Shown piece by piece: positions 27,797 to 37,069 of a stretch of DNA of 64,000 nucleotides. The position numbers and the translations under genes are program-made. Numbering within the stretch: the stretch's first letter is position 1; every line of letters starts with the position of its first letter. The notes under the pieces are model-generated. The model ran no database searches and had not been told where the DNA came from. It was given only the letters and a program-made list of their open reading frames with translations. Source of the DNA: an uncultured Candidatus Saccharibacteria bacterium (GTDB lineage Bacteria; Patescibacteriota; CALEFQ01; G965231055); contig OZ246411.1 in NCBI GenBank assembly GCA_965231055.1, forward strand, positions 48,334-112,333. Reading direction: 5' to 3'.

Positions 27797-28990
27797 TTAA
27801 CCTTTTTTAACATACTCGCCAATCGCAATGCCTAGAACCTGCATCGCTTTCTTGAGTCTACCCGAATCCAGTACAAATGCAACCCTTATCTCATCTTTTC
27901 CAAGCCCCTTTGTAGAATAAAATCCGGAAGCAGGTGCTACCATAACTGTTTGATTTTTGTATCTAAATTTCTCAAGTAACCACTTAGCAAAATCATCAGA
28001 ATCTTTTATTGGTAGCTTTATAGTCATATAAAAAGCTCCGCGCGGCTTTACACAAAATGCGTTTTTGATTTTAGCTAATTCAACAAACGCAACATCTCTT
28101 CTTTTTTTATATTCCATAGCAATCTTGCGAGTATATTTTTTTGAATTTTCAAGCATTTTTACAGAAGCAAGCTGCTCAATCAACGGCACAGAAAGTCTAG
28201 CCTGAGCAAATTTCAAGATCGCCTGCATTATTTCTTTGTTTTTTGAAGCCACGCATCCTATCCTTACTCCACACGCATTAAACCTCTTTGAAATACTATC
28301 CATGATAACTATTCTTTCTCTAGCTCCCGCAAAATCAAATGGAGAAACAAATCTAGCGTCATCATAGACAAATTCCCTATAAACTTCGTCAGAGAGAATA
28401 AACAAATCGTGTTCTTTGGCAATGGCGACGATCATCTCAATTTCTTTTTTGGTATAAACCGTGCCCGTGGGATTATTTGGATTACAAATCAAGATAGCTT
28501 TGGTTTTCTTGGAGATACACTTCTCTATTTCTTTTTTTGAAGGCAAATGAAATCCATTTTCAGCTTTCAGCGTAATTGGTTTTAGTTTTATATTGGCTAT
28601 AGATGCATAGCCATTGTAATTGGCATAAAAAGGTTCAAAAACCAAAATTTCATCACCATAGTCAGCAACCGCCGCCATGGCAAACAAAATCGCCTCACTT
28701 CCTCCGGCAGTCACAATAATCTCTGAGGCATCAAAATTCATCTTGTAACCCTTGAAATATTTTTGCCATGCGGTAATAGTCTCAGGAATTCCGCTTGAAG
28801 GAGTATAGGGAATTATTTTTTTATTAAACTTTTTTATCGCACTCAAAATTTCTTTTGGAGTTTCTATGTCTGGCTGACCTATATGCAATTCAAAAACCTC
28901 CACTCCCTCTTTTTTGGTTTTTTCAAGAAGTGGAACAAATTTGCGTATTGGAGATGATTGAGCCTCGCTGGCTCTTTTGGAAATATACAT
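27797..28990 (-). CDS. pyridoxal-phosphate-dependent aminotransferase (class I/II, AspAT-like)
   Basis: fold-type I architecture, SxSKxF lysine motif DSISKRFNACGVRIG. Confidence 0.85.
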   Translation of the reverse strand: MYISKRASEAQSSPIRKFVPLLEKTKKEGVEVFELHIGQPDIETPKEILSAIKKFNKKIIPYTPSSGIPETITAWQKYFKGYKMNFDASEIIVTAGGSEAILFAMAAVADYGDEILVFEPFYANYNGYASIANIKLKPITLKAENGFHLPSKKEIEKCISKKTKAILICNPNNPTGTVYTKKEIEMIVAIAKEHDLFILSDEVYREFVYDDARFVSPFDFAGARERIVIMDSISKRFNACGVRIGCVASKNKEIMQAILKFAQARLSVPLIEQLASVKMLENSKKYTRKIAMEYKKRRDVAFVELAKIKNAFCVKPRGAFYMTIKLPIKDSDDFAKWLLEKFRYKNQTVMVAPASGFYSTKGLGKDEIRVAFVLDSGRLKKAMQVLGIAIGEYVKKG

Positions 28991-28992
28991 AA

Positions 28993-29068
28993 TAAGTATT
29001 CAGTTTTCAGTATTAAGTGATCAGTGTTCATGAATATTAATCACTGACAACTGAATACTTAATACTTC
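28993..29068. repeat. AGTATTCAGT-type palindromic intergenic repeat R3 (centre catg)
   Basis: aagtattcagttttcagtattaagtgatcagtgttcatg / mirror image. Confidence 0.6.
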
Positions 29069-29154
29069 GTATTATACCAGAAAATCAACAAAGTATCTGC
29101 AATGGCTTGAAATCTTATCAGCTCCTTATTAAAAATTTAATCCGGTTTTTTATC

Positions 29155-29187
29155 TATGAAAACAGCTACACCCCTGGGGCGTAGCTG
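29155..29187 (-). terminator. terminator hairpin
   Basis: cagctacacccctggggcgtagctg. Confidence 0.45.
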
Positions 29188-29205
29188 TAGCAAAAAAACG
29201 AAAAC

Positions 29206-29553
29206 TTAAAATCTCTTCAGTCCTCCTGGCTCTTTGTTGGCATTGCCCGCTGCAACCATCCTGCTCCACTGCCAAAAAGATATCGGGCGAGGAACTTTGG
29301 TCGGATTTTCAGCGGACACCGTTTCAATCGGAAAAACTTGAGCATTCATATCCTTGAATTCCTCGAGTTTTTGAGCCGAATACAAAGAACATTTCGAAGG
29401 ATCAGCCCCTACGACTGTGCACGGGCAGAACTCTTCTCCACCCGTAGAAATTATACCACAGCACTTCTCTGTTTCACCCTGCAGAGTCGTATCGACAAAA
29501 ATCCCTGGAGCAACCTGGCGAAAACCATAAAAAGAACAGCTTCTCTTACCCAT
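29206..29553 (-). CDS. hypothetical protein (GC-rich, strong SD aaggagg)
   Basis: 115 aa; about 50% GC; own SD and terminator. Confidence 0.4.
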   Translation of the reverse strand: MGKRSCSFYGFRQVAPGIFVDTTLQGETEKCCGIISTGGEEFCPCTVVGADPSKCSLYSAQKLEEFKDMNAQVFPIETVSAENPTKVPRPISFWQWSRMVAAGNANKEPGGLKRF

Positions 29554-29607
29554 ATAATTATTCCTCCTTTTGATGATGGGTTAACTAAACACAAACTATC
29601 ACAAAAA

Positions 29608-29643
29608 TTCAAAAAGTCAAAAAGACGAGGCTATGCCTCGTCT
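29608..29643 (-). terminator. rho-independent terminator
   Basis: aagacgaggctatgcctcgtctt + T-run. Confidence 0.55.
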
Positions 29644-29672
29644 TGATAATTTTTTTATCCTTAGCATTTCAA

Positions 29673-30164
29673 TTACACTTCCGCAAATCCTACTACATAA
29701 TTTTTTCCGTATGCTTTGGCACATTTGGGACAAGTGGTGTAGTAAAAATAAATTTTCTTTACTTGCCTACCTTTTGACTCCACATAACTAATCATTTCTT
29801 TGTGCCACTTCTTTGCATCTTGGTATGGACCCTCAAAAACTTTGGTCATAAAGGTACCGGAAAGCTTTGTATTATTCATCCCCTCAACTGGCTTCGTAAC
29901 GCTTAGATAGTGATCACTGTACCACGGCGAGGATTCGAGCGAGAGCATTACAAAATCCTTGTCAGCAGGAGCAGCGCCAGCGGTTCTGATCTGTTCCATT
30001 GTTTTTGTCATCATCTGCCCCATGTTTAGAGGTATATGCATAAAACTTTTTACTCTCCCTATCACAAAAGGCTTATTATTCCACGTAAATTCTTTACCAT
30101 CCCACATCGAGGGATCAAAAATCGGACAGCATCCTGTTGGCTTAATTGTTTCTTTGTTTTCCAT
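29673..30164 (-). CDS. hypothetical protein
   Basis: 163-aa ORF. Confidence 0.4.
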   Translation of the reverse strand: MENKETIKPTGCCPIFDPSMWDGKEFTWNNKPFVIGRVKSFMHIPLNMGQMMTKTMEQIRTAGAAPADKDFVMLSLESSPWYSDHYLSVTKPVEGMNNTKLSGTFMTKVFEGPYQDAKKWHKEMISYVESKGRQVKKIYFYYTTCPKCAKAYGKNYVVGFAEV

Positions 30165-30183
30165 TTTATTAGTTTAATATTTT

Positions 30184-30660
30184 TTATTTAATAAGCTTAT
30201 TTCCAAAATCTTTTACCAAGATTCTCTTTCCTTTTTTCTCAAATTTATGTCCTTCTTTTGAAAGCAACTTTTTCTGGCCAGCTACTCCGCCAGGATATTT
30301 GGGATTTACCTCTCCATCGGTTTTAATAGTGCGCCAATACGGGGTAATATTTTTCTTTCCGGCGGTTCTTTCTTCATCAGCAGCCCATGCAGAAACCCAT
30401 GAGAATATTCCACTCGTAATTGGACATCCCATTGTGGCTTTATGCTTTTTTGCAATTTTCTTTTGGATTTGACCAATCGTAAGTAATCTACCCTTAGGAA
30501 CTCGTTGCATTATAGAGTTTACTTCTATCGGAGAAGGTATGGCCAATGTACCACCCCCCCATCTTTTTGAAAGCTTCTTATCTATTTTAACAACTTTGGG
30601 TAAATTCTTACTGTCATGCAATTTTTTTACCCAAGATTTTTGTGGTTTTTTTGATTGCAT
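30184..30660 (-). CDS. lysine-rich protein with possible MGMT/ATL-like DNA-binding C-terminal domain (tentative)
   Basis: TPYWRTIKTDGEVNPKYPGG resembles PCHRVV..G..GY.GG of the O6-alkylguanine transferase-like fold; no active-site Cys. Confidence 0.3.
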   Translation of the reverse strand: MQSKKPQKSWVKKLHDSKNLPKVVKIDKKLSKRWGGGTLAIPSPIEVNSIMQRVPKGRLLTIGQIQKKIAKKHKATMGCPITSGIFSWVSAWAADEERTAGKKNITPYWRTIKTDGEVNPKYPGGVAGQKKLLSKEGHKFEKKGKRILVKDFGNKLIK

Positions 30661-30702
30661 ATTTTGAAATTATGTTACCAGTTAATTATATCATTGCTGC
30701 GA

Positions 30703-30736
30703 AATAAAAAAAGAGAGCGATTGTTCTCACTCTCTT
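30703..30736 (-). terminator. rho-independent terminator
   Basis: aagagagcgattgttctcactctctt + T-run on minus. Confidence 0.55.
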
Positions 30737-30755
30737 AAAAGTTATAGACTAACTT

Positions 30756-30860
30756 TTATTTTCTCTTCTTAGTTTTCTTAGCCTTCTTCTTTGTTTTTCT
30801 TTTTGCAACTTTCTTAGCTGGCTTTCTTTTCTTTGCAACCTTCTTTTTCTTTTTTGCCAT
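30756..30860 (-). CDS. 34-aa lysine-rich small basic protein (MAKKKKKVAKKRKPAKKVAKRKTKKKAKKTKKRK)
   Basis: ATG-initiated small ORF with its own downstream terminator; not in the 60-aa-cutoff ORF track. Confidence 0.3.
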   Translation of the reverse strand: MAKKKKKVAKKRKPAKKVAKRKTKKKAKKTKKRK

Positions 30861-30953
30861 TTTGTTTTTTTTAATTAATCGGCTGTTACTTTCATTATAT
30901 GGCTATGAGATTACATGTAAACCTCTATCACAAAGTTATCCACAGAGGAAATT

Positions 30954-31496
30954 TTATTTTTTGTTTTGAGAAAAATATTTTTCATACTCTTGATCAACGA
31001 AAGTTGAAATTTCAAAATCTGGAGTATCAAATATTTCGACTGCTTCTCCTTTCGGAAAACCCGTAGCTATGTTCAACGCTTCCATTTGATTTGTCTCACC
31101 AGATTGCTCCAAAAGTTTTTTTGAAAAACCAGAAAGATCAGCGAAATATTTTTCTACAAACTCTGAATTTAAAAGCTCCTTAGATTTTTTTTCCAAAACA
31201 TTTTTATAAAGAAATCTCTCTATCGAATCTTCACCTTCAAAATCCCAGCAAGTAATATCTTTTGGCGGAGTACTCATTCCCGCATGATAACTCATTGTAT
31301 ATTTTAGCTCTGTGCTACTGTATTTTTCTTTCAAAAGATTAATAAAATTGTAATGACGCTCACTCATACTCTTATCAAACATTACTTCATGTTTTTTGGA
31401 AGCAAGCGCACTAAACCTAGGAAACAAAACTCTCTCCTCTTTTTGCTTACTAAAAACCCCTTCTTGCTCCCTATTTTTTATATCTGGATTTGACAT
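30954..31496 (-). CDS. hypothetical protein
   Basis: 180-aa ORF. Confidence 0.4.
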   Translation of the reverse strand: MSNPDIKNREQEGVFSKQKEERVLFPRFSALASKKHEVMFDKSMSERHYNFINLLKEKYSSTELKYTMSYHAGMSTPPKDITCWDFEGEDSIERFLYKNVLEKKSKELLNSEFVEKYFADLSGFSKKLLEQSGETNQMEALNIATGFPKGEAVEIFDTPDFEISTFVDQEYEKYFSQNKK

Positions 31497-31501
31497 ACAG
31501 C

Positions 31502-32092
31502 TTACTTGAAATTTTTTATAGTCTCCGCAACGCCCTTTGCAAATTTCAAATCTTCTTCATTTGTAAGAGCCTTTATGGAACTTCTTTGAATACTTATAAA
31601 TTTGTTATCGCTCAAGACAAGATAAATGGAATTTATATTCCCATCTTCTTGATACACAACCATGTTTTTCATGGGAATATTTGCATCCTCTTCAACTCGT
31701 CTATCTAGAGCTTCTTGTCCTTCTTTTTGATTCGTCGCACTTAAATAATTCAGATTGAGCATCACATAGTCTTTATCAGAAGTATAATACGAACAACTAT
31801 AAACACTGCTTATCGTGGAAGACTTAGCTTTTACAACATCCTTGCCAAGTTTGTTTTCTATAAATTCTTTTGTGAATTGAGCACAAAGATCTTCTACAAT
31901 ATAATAATCACTAGTTTCCCTACTTGGCTCACCCGGAAGCCTGACAAATCCATCATCATTTGAAGTGTCCTCAACTACAGTGTTTTCAGATACCTTACCC
32001 TGACTAGAATCATTTGGGGTTTCATTTTTTGTACATCCTGAGAAGACCAAAACAGCAACCAGCAAAATACCAATCGTTATTAGTTTTTTCAT
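31502..32092 (-). CDS. putative lipoprotein
   Basis: signal peptide + lipobox LVFSGC. Confidence 0.5.
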   Translation of the reverse strand: MKKLITIGILLVAVLVFSGCTKNETPNDSSQGKVSENTVVEDTSNDDGFVRLPGEPSRETSDYYIVEDLCAQFTKEFIENKLGKDVVKAKSSTISSVYSCSYYTSDKDYVMLNLNYLSATNQKEGQEALDRRVEEDANIPMKNMVVYQEDGNINSIYLVLSDNKFISIQRSSIKALTNEEDLKFAKGVAETIKNFK

Positions 32093-32194
32093 GTTTTTTT
32101 ATTAATTATTTATTGTATATTTTCATTGAAATTAGTGCAAATCCTATATTTGACTCTAATTGACATAAAAATCATATTTGATAAAATATAGTTA

Positions 32195-32362
32195 CAGGTG
32201 AGGTCTCTCCACTTTTTCTCCCAACACACGGGTTCATTCGGGACTAAAAGATGTTTCTCTTACCTCCACCTTTCTTACACGCTCTCTTTTCTTACAACTC
32301 GTTCTCCATTCCATTTACCTTCTCTCATGAGAGGTACCCATTGGTGGTACCTCATTTTTTTT
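32195..32362 (+). ncRNA. candidate small RNA, unknown class (promoter TTGACA-16-TAAAAT, CU-rich body, double hairpin + T8 terminator)
   Basis: promoter 32160..32187; terminator gaggtacccattggtggtacctc + T8 at 32331..32362; no plausible CDS. Confidence 0.3.
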
Positions 32363-32397
32363 GGACTTAAGGCGTTTCTTGATTTCAAAATCATATA

Positions 32398-33879
32398 TCA
32401 ATTCCCCTTTAAAGATTTTCGAAAGTGAAATCCATAGATCGCATAAGTTATCGCCCTAGGAAAAAGCTTTGGCCTAGTGAAAAGCGTCCAGAAAAATAAT
32501 TTCCAATAATAAATTCTTCCATTATTTTTTATTCCGAGTACCCATATAGATTTTACAAAAGCTCCTAAATAAAATAAATGAAATTGGGATTTATCCTTCT
32601 TTGTTAGGGGCTTAAAGTTTTTGAGAAAAGTTTTTACCCTTTCATAATAATTTTTGTGAGAATAAATAGTCTTCATCACCTTTTTATATCCTTCGACTAG
32701 TTTTTGAGGATTCATCTTTGGAACAAAATTCAGAGAATTGTCAGTATTATCTCCTGACATATTTTTTATCAACCTATTTTCTTTTTTGAGTCTTTCATAA
32801 AGCCGAGTGTTTTTTGGCGCATTAAGAATGCCGACCATGGCGGTAGCTATGCCGCTTTTTTGAATGAAACTAATCATACGCTCAAAAACTGAATCGTTGT
32901 CACTATCAAATCCCAAAATAAATCCTCCTTGTACTTGTAGCCCCAGTCCTTGAATCTTTTGCACACAAGCGATCAGATCTCTTCCTTTGTTTTGTAGTTT
33001 TCCACACTCTATTAGACTTTTGTCGTCTGGAGTTTCTATGCCCACGAAAACTTGATCAAAACCCGCTTCCACCATTAAGTTTATTAGCTCCTCATCATCA
33101 GCCAAATTCACAGAAGCCTGGGTGCTGAAACTAAAAGGATATCTTCTGAGTTTAAGCCACTCAATCATAGCGGGAAGTATTTCATTTTTTAGCTCTTTTT
33201 TATTTCCTATAAAATTATCATCTACCACAAAAACTCTGCCCTTCCAACCACTCATATATAAAGATTCTAGTTCACCTATAAATTGATTTTTGGTTTTGGT
33301 TCTGAATTTTTGACCAAAAAGCAATGTTACATCACAAAAATCACAATTAAATGGGCACCCCCTAGAATACTGAACACATGCTATGGCATAATCCTTTTGA
33401 TTGAATAAATTCCACTGTGGCGTGGGGGTTTTCCTAATATCTGCGAAATCCGAAGTTGTATAAATATGCTTGGCACAACCATTTTCCAGGTCCTTTAAAA
33501 ACATTGGCAAAGTGATTTCCGCTTCATTTAGAATCAAATGATCAACGTCGTCAAATTCATTGCATCGCGCAGTAAACAGGGTTCCTCCTGCAACCATTTT
33601 GACCCCAAGTTTCTTACATCTATCAATCAATGTTCTCGCTGAATCAAACTGGACAGACATCGCACTTATAAATACATAATCAGCTCCGAGCAAATCCTTG
33701 TCTCTCACCTCAGAAGCATTCATATCTATTAGCTGTTTTTGCCAATGTTTAGGCAAAAGAGATGCGACAGTCAGAAGTCCTAGTGGTGGTAGATTTGCTT
33801 TACGTGAAATAAATTTCAAAGCATATCTAAAACTCCAAAAAGTACTAGGGTATCTCGGATATACTAAAAGTATTTTCAT
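32398..33879 (-). CDS. B12-binding-domain radical SAM protein
   Basis: N-terminal B12-binding fold MKILLVYPRYP; CPFNCDFC radical-SAM cluster motif. Confidence 0.8.
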   Translation of the reverse strand: MKILLVYPRYPSTFWSFRYALKFISRKANLPPLGLLTVASLLPKHWQKQLIDMNASEVRDKDLLGADYVFISAMSVQFDSARTLIDRCKKLGVKMVAGGTLFTARCNEFDDVDHLILNEAEITLPMFLKDLENGCAKHIYTTSDFADIRKTPTPQWNLFNQKDYAIACVQYSRGCPFNCDFCDVTLLFGQKFRTKTKNQFIGELESLYMSGWKGRVFVVDDNFIGNKKELKNEILPAMIEWLKLRRYPFSFSTQASVNLADDEELINLMVEAGFDQVFVGIETPDDKSLIECGKLQNKGRDLIACVQKIQGLGLQVQGGFILGFDSDNDSVFERMISFIQKSGIATAMVGILNAPKNTRLYERLKKENRLIKNMSGDNTDNSLNFVPKMNPQKLVEGYKKVMKTIYSHKNYYERVKTFLKNFKPLTKKDKSQFHLFYLGAFVKSIWVLGIKNNGRIYYWKLFFWTLFTRPKLFPRAITYAIYGFHFRKSLKGN

Positions 33880-34011
33880 ATTTATTTTTTATGAGCTAAA
33901 TGATAATTGAAATTTAAAAACACCTGAGTACAGGTGCTTGGTGTATATTAACCGCGATGGTGTTGAAATTATCTCGCTATTTACATACACAGTTTATTTA
34001 GGTTAATCGGC

Positions 34012-34428
34012 TTATTTTGAATTAGTCTTGGCATGACAATCAGAGCATTCTCCTCTGTGCACGCATATTGTATCACCGCATGAGGCACAGCGCCACCTCT
34101 TTTTTTCTAATTTCACAAATTCGTTGATTGCTACCCTTTTTATTTTGTCCAGATTTTCAATCATACTCATCCCATATCTGGTTCTATATCTCTTATCAAG
34201 ATGTTTTATTTTCGCGCAAGGATAATCCTCACACGCAAAACAAAATTTGAAATCTCCTTTTTTAAGTTTGTTGCAATTTTTTATTTTGCATTTTGACCAG
34301 ATCTTCTCGGTATAGCTATCGGTTCCCCCGCATCCAGAGCAATGATTTTTCTCGCGCAAAAACGCCATACATATTCCACAATTCATACCACAACTAGCTA
34401 TGAGTTTTCTTGTGATATTATTTTTCAT
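34012..34428 (-). CDS. Cys-rich protein (DUF3795-like)
   Basis: about 22 Cys arranged CGMNCGIC, CSGCGG, CFACEDYPC, CASCGDTIC. Confidence 0.4.
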   Translation of the reverse strand: MKNNITRKLIASCGMNCGICMAFLREKNHCSGCGGTDSYTEKIWSKCKIKNCNKLKKGDFKFCFACEDYPCAKIKHLDKRYRTRYGMSMIENLDKIKRVAINEFVKLEKKRWRCASCGDTICVHRGECSDCHAKTNSK

Positions 34429-35134
34429 CAGCGTGATTTAAAAAATTTTCAACTATTTTTATATCCTCGGGACGTCCAAAATCGAGCCAAGGATCAACGC
34501 ATTTTTGAAGCTTAATTTTTTTATCTTCCGCAAGTTTAAGCAGTGCATCTGTAATTTTATACTCACCTTTCGGAGAAATAGGCACTTGATTCGCCAATTC
34601 AAAAACCTCTTTTTTGAATGTATAAAGCGCACTATTTACGATTCCAGTTTCAGATTTTTCAGTCTTACCTTTTATATCAATCAAATTATGATCCGTATCT
34701 TCTACCAATACCCCATATCTACTGGTATCCCCAAGCACTCCATAAACCGCATTTCCAGAAAATTTCATTGCTCGTTTTAAATCGTTTTTTCCATAAAGAT
34801 TATCTCCCATTGCATAAACAAACTGCTCGTCTTTTATTATTTTCTCAACTGCGATTATCGGGATAGCTGTGCCGTATTTTTGACCCACTAAATCCTGATC
34901 GACTATTTCAAGTTCAAATTCATTTGAATATTTTTTTTGAAAATCGAAAAACTTTTCTTTTTTATATCCCACAACCAGAATTATTCTTTCATATCCAGCT
35001 TGTTTAATATTTTTTAGCAAAAAATAAATAAAAGGTTTGCCACAAACTTCAATCAAAGGTTTTGGAGTATCCTTGGTAAGCTCACCCATGCGAGTTCCCC
35101 TACCCGCACAAGCTACGGCAATCGACGTGATCAT
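34418..35134 (-). CDS. sugar-phosphate nucleotidyltransferase (NTP_transferase family)
   Basis: AGRGTRMGELTKDTPKPL G-x-G-T-R motif. Confidence 0.75.
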   Translation of the reverse strand: MITSIAVACAGRGTRMGELTKDTPKPLIEVCGKPFIYFLLKNIKQAGYERIILVVGYKKEKFFDFQKKYSNEFELEIVDQDLVGQKYGTAIPIIAVEKIIKDEQFVYAMGDNLYGKNDLKRAMKFSGNAVYGVLGDTSRYGVLVEDTDHNLIDIKGKTEKSETGIVNSALYTFKKEVFELANQVPISPKGEYKITDALLKLAEDKKIKLQKCVDPWLDFGRPEDIKIVENFLNHADEK

Positions 35135-35143
35135 TTTTTCAAA

Positions 35144-35800
35144 TCAATTACTAATTAATTTAATTCGCCTAATGGCTTTTGGTAAATTACGCATACCCTG
35201 TCCGATAGGATAAAAAGTTGGGTAAACATTGAACTTTTTATTTCTAACTTTCAATATTTCTTTATCGCTTTTTTTATATTCAGAAACTTTGATGCTTTTA
35301 CCGAGCAAAATACTGCTCACTTGATTTCCAAAAGAAATAATATGCTTAGGATTAACCATGGCAATTTCCTTTTTTGCAAGCTCCAAATACTCCAAAAATA
35401 TTTTATTATGCAGGGGCCTCGCATCAATTTGCGTACATTTGGCTAGATTTGTGATATAAACTTTATTTTTTGCTAGTTCCAGATAGAGAGAGCTGGCGAA
35501 ATCAGGAGTCCATTCAGAAGGTTTTAGTTTTTGAGTTTGCAGAAACAGTTTTCTGGATATCAAGCTTAGAGAATAAAGCATCTTCCAAATATTTTTAGTT
35601 CCTAACCACTGAGCCCTTATTCCTTTCCAGTTTTTACTTGAAGCTACGTTTCTTGCAGTAGGATTCATGAAAAGTAAAAATAGCTTGGGATTTTTTATAC
35701 ATCCGGCACCATAAATAGAACATAAGTCTTTATGTCCATGGAAGCTTTGAAGATCGTCAAATTCCTGAAAAAGCTTGGTTAATTGCATAACGTTATACAT
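35144..35800 (-). CDS. uracil-DNA glycosylase superfamily protein (Mug/TDG-like FMNP motif)
   Basis: LFLLFMNPTA resembles GINPG; ITNLAKC resembles TNxVKC. Confidence 0.4.
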   Translation of the reverse strand: MYNVMQLTKLFQEFDDLQSFHGHKDLCSIYGAGCIKNPKLFLLFMNPTARNVASSKNWKGIRAQWLGTKNIWKMLYSLSLISRKLFLQTQKLKPSEWTPDFASSLYLELAKNKVYITNLAKCTQIDARPLHNKIFLEYLELAKKEIAMVNPKHIISFGNQVSSILLGKSIKVSEYKKSDKEILKVRNKKFNVYPTFYPIGQGMRNLPKAIRRIKLISN

Positions 35801-35812
35801 AAAATCAATTTT

Positions 35813-36247
35813 TTATACCCTCTCCCACGCCTCTATTTTACCATTTTTTAATTTAAAAATCTTATTAATCTCGATGTTTGAAATCTTTATACTTTCAAGT
35901 TCTCGAAACTTTTCATTGTTTCTTTTTTTAAGTTTTTTTAAAAGATGAGTATATTCATATTTCACTTGTCCTCTAGTCACAAAAAGCTTTTGTTTTGTGA
36001 TACGAATTTGCATCTTTGATTTATTGAATCTATATTTTCTTTTTACGCCCTCTTTCCATATTTCGCAAAGAAAAGCATTTATAAATTTAGTTGAATTTTT
36101 TGACTCCTTAAAACGCAAAAGCTGGGGATGATTTTTATATCCCCTTGTTTTTCCTTCTAAAACTTTTTTAGCTAAAAGCGCCTCTCTCCAAAGTGCCAAA
36201 AGTCCTGCCCTATCTAAATATTTAGGATGTAAACTCCAAAGCCTCAT
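35813..36247 (-). CDS. pyrimidine-dimer DNA glycosylase / endonuclease V-like protein
   Basis: N-terminus MRLWSLHPKYLDRAGLLALWREALLAKKVL matches the DenV-like family pattern as recalled; unverified. Confidence 0.45.
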   Translation of the reverse strand: MRLWSLHPKYLDRAGLLALWREALLAKKVLEGKTRGYKNHPQLLRFKESKNSTKFINAFLCEIWKEGVKRKYRFNKSKMQIRITKQKLFVTRGQVKYEYTHLLKKLKKRNNEKFRELESIKISNIEINKIFKLKNGKIEAWERV

Positions 36248-36249
36248 AT

Positions 36250-37059
36250 TTATTTCTTACCGTGGTGAAAATAAATTCTATATTTCAAATTATTTTTTTC
36301 ACAGTAATTATTTATTTCTGCTTCCTCTCGTGACCAGTAACCATCGCCTTTACTATAAATTTTTTCATATTTTTGAACCAAATCACTATTTATTGTTTTT
36401 AGAAATGAAAATATTCCGGGCTTCACGGATGAATAAAGATTGAGATTTTCAAACCAATACTCATCTACGAAATCTTTTGTTTTTTGTATCATGGCCTTCC
36501 AATCCGTAAGATATGGAAATATCGGAGAAATAAATAGCACAGTTCTAATTCCAACATCGTGTAGTGATTTCAACGCATCAAATCTGTTTTTAGCCGATAC
36601 ACTATTTTCAATCTTATTTCTTTTTGAGTCGTCTAAAATTGAAAGTGAAATCGCGACAGTGCATTTTTTTAGGTGCTTAAGAATATCTATATCTCTTTTT
36701 ACTAAATCAGACTTGGTCAATACGTCCAATTCGGGTTGAAATTTTACCAATTTTTCGAGAACACCTCTTGTAATTTTTAATTCTTTTTCCAATGTCTGAT
36801 ATGGATCTGTCACCGAACCAAGCACAACCTTTTTACCAACTATCTTTTTCCCCTCCTTTTCTACTAGCTCCGGGGCATTTATTTTTACATCCACAAAATC
36901 ACCCCAAGATTCGCTATGTCCCGTAAATCTTTTCATAAATCTGGCGTAACAATACGCGCATCCATGTCCACAACCAGTATATGGATTTATTACAAAATCA
37001 GCATCAGGAAGTCCTGACTTGGTGATTATAGATTTGGCTTTTATAGTTTTAATTTTCAT
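36250..37059 (-). CDS. radical SAM DNA repair photolyase (SplB/COG1533-like)
   Basis: NPYTGCGHGCAYCYA CX3CX2C motif typical of the SPL family. Confidence 0.7.
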   Translation of the reverse strand: MKIKTIKAKSIITKSGLPDADFVINPYTGCGHGCAYCYARFMKRFTGHSESWGDFVDVKINAPELVEKEGKKIVGKKVVLGSVTDPYQTLEKELKITRGVLEKLVKFQPELDVLTKSDLVKRDIDILKHLKKCTVAISLSILDDSKRNKIENSVSAKNRFDALKSLHDVGIRTVLFISPIFPYLTDWKAMIQKTKDFVDEYWFENLNLYSSVKPGIFSFLKTINSDLVQKYEKIYSKGDGYWSREEAEINNYCEKNNLKYRIYFHHGKK

Positions 37060-37069
37060 TTTAATTCTA

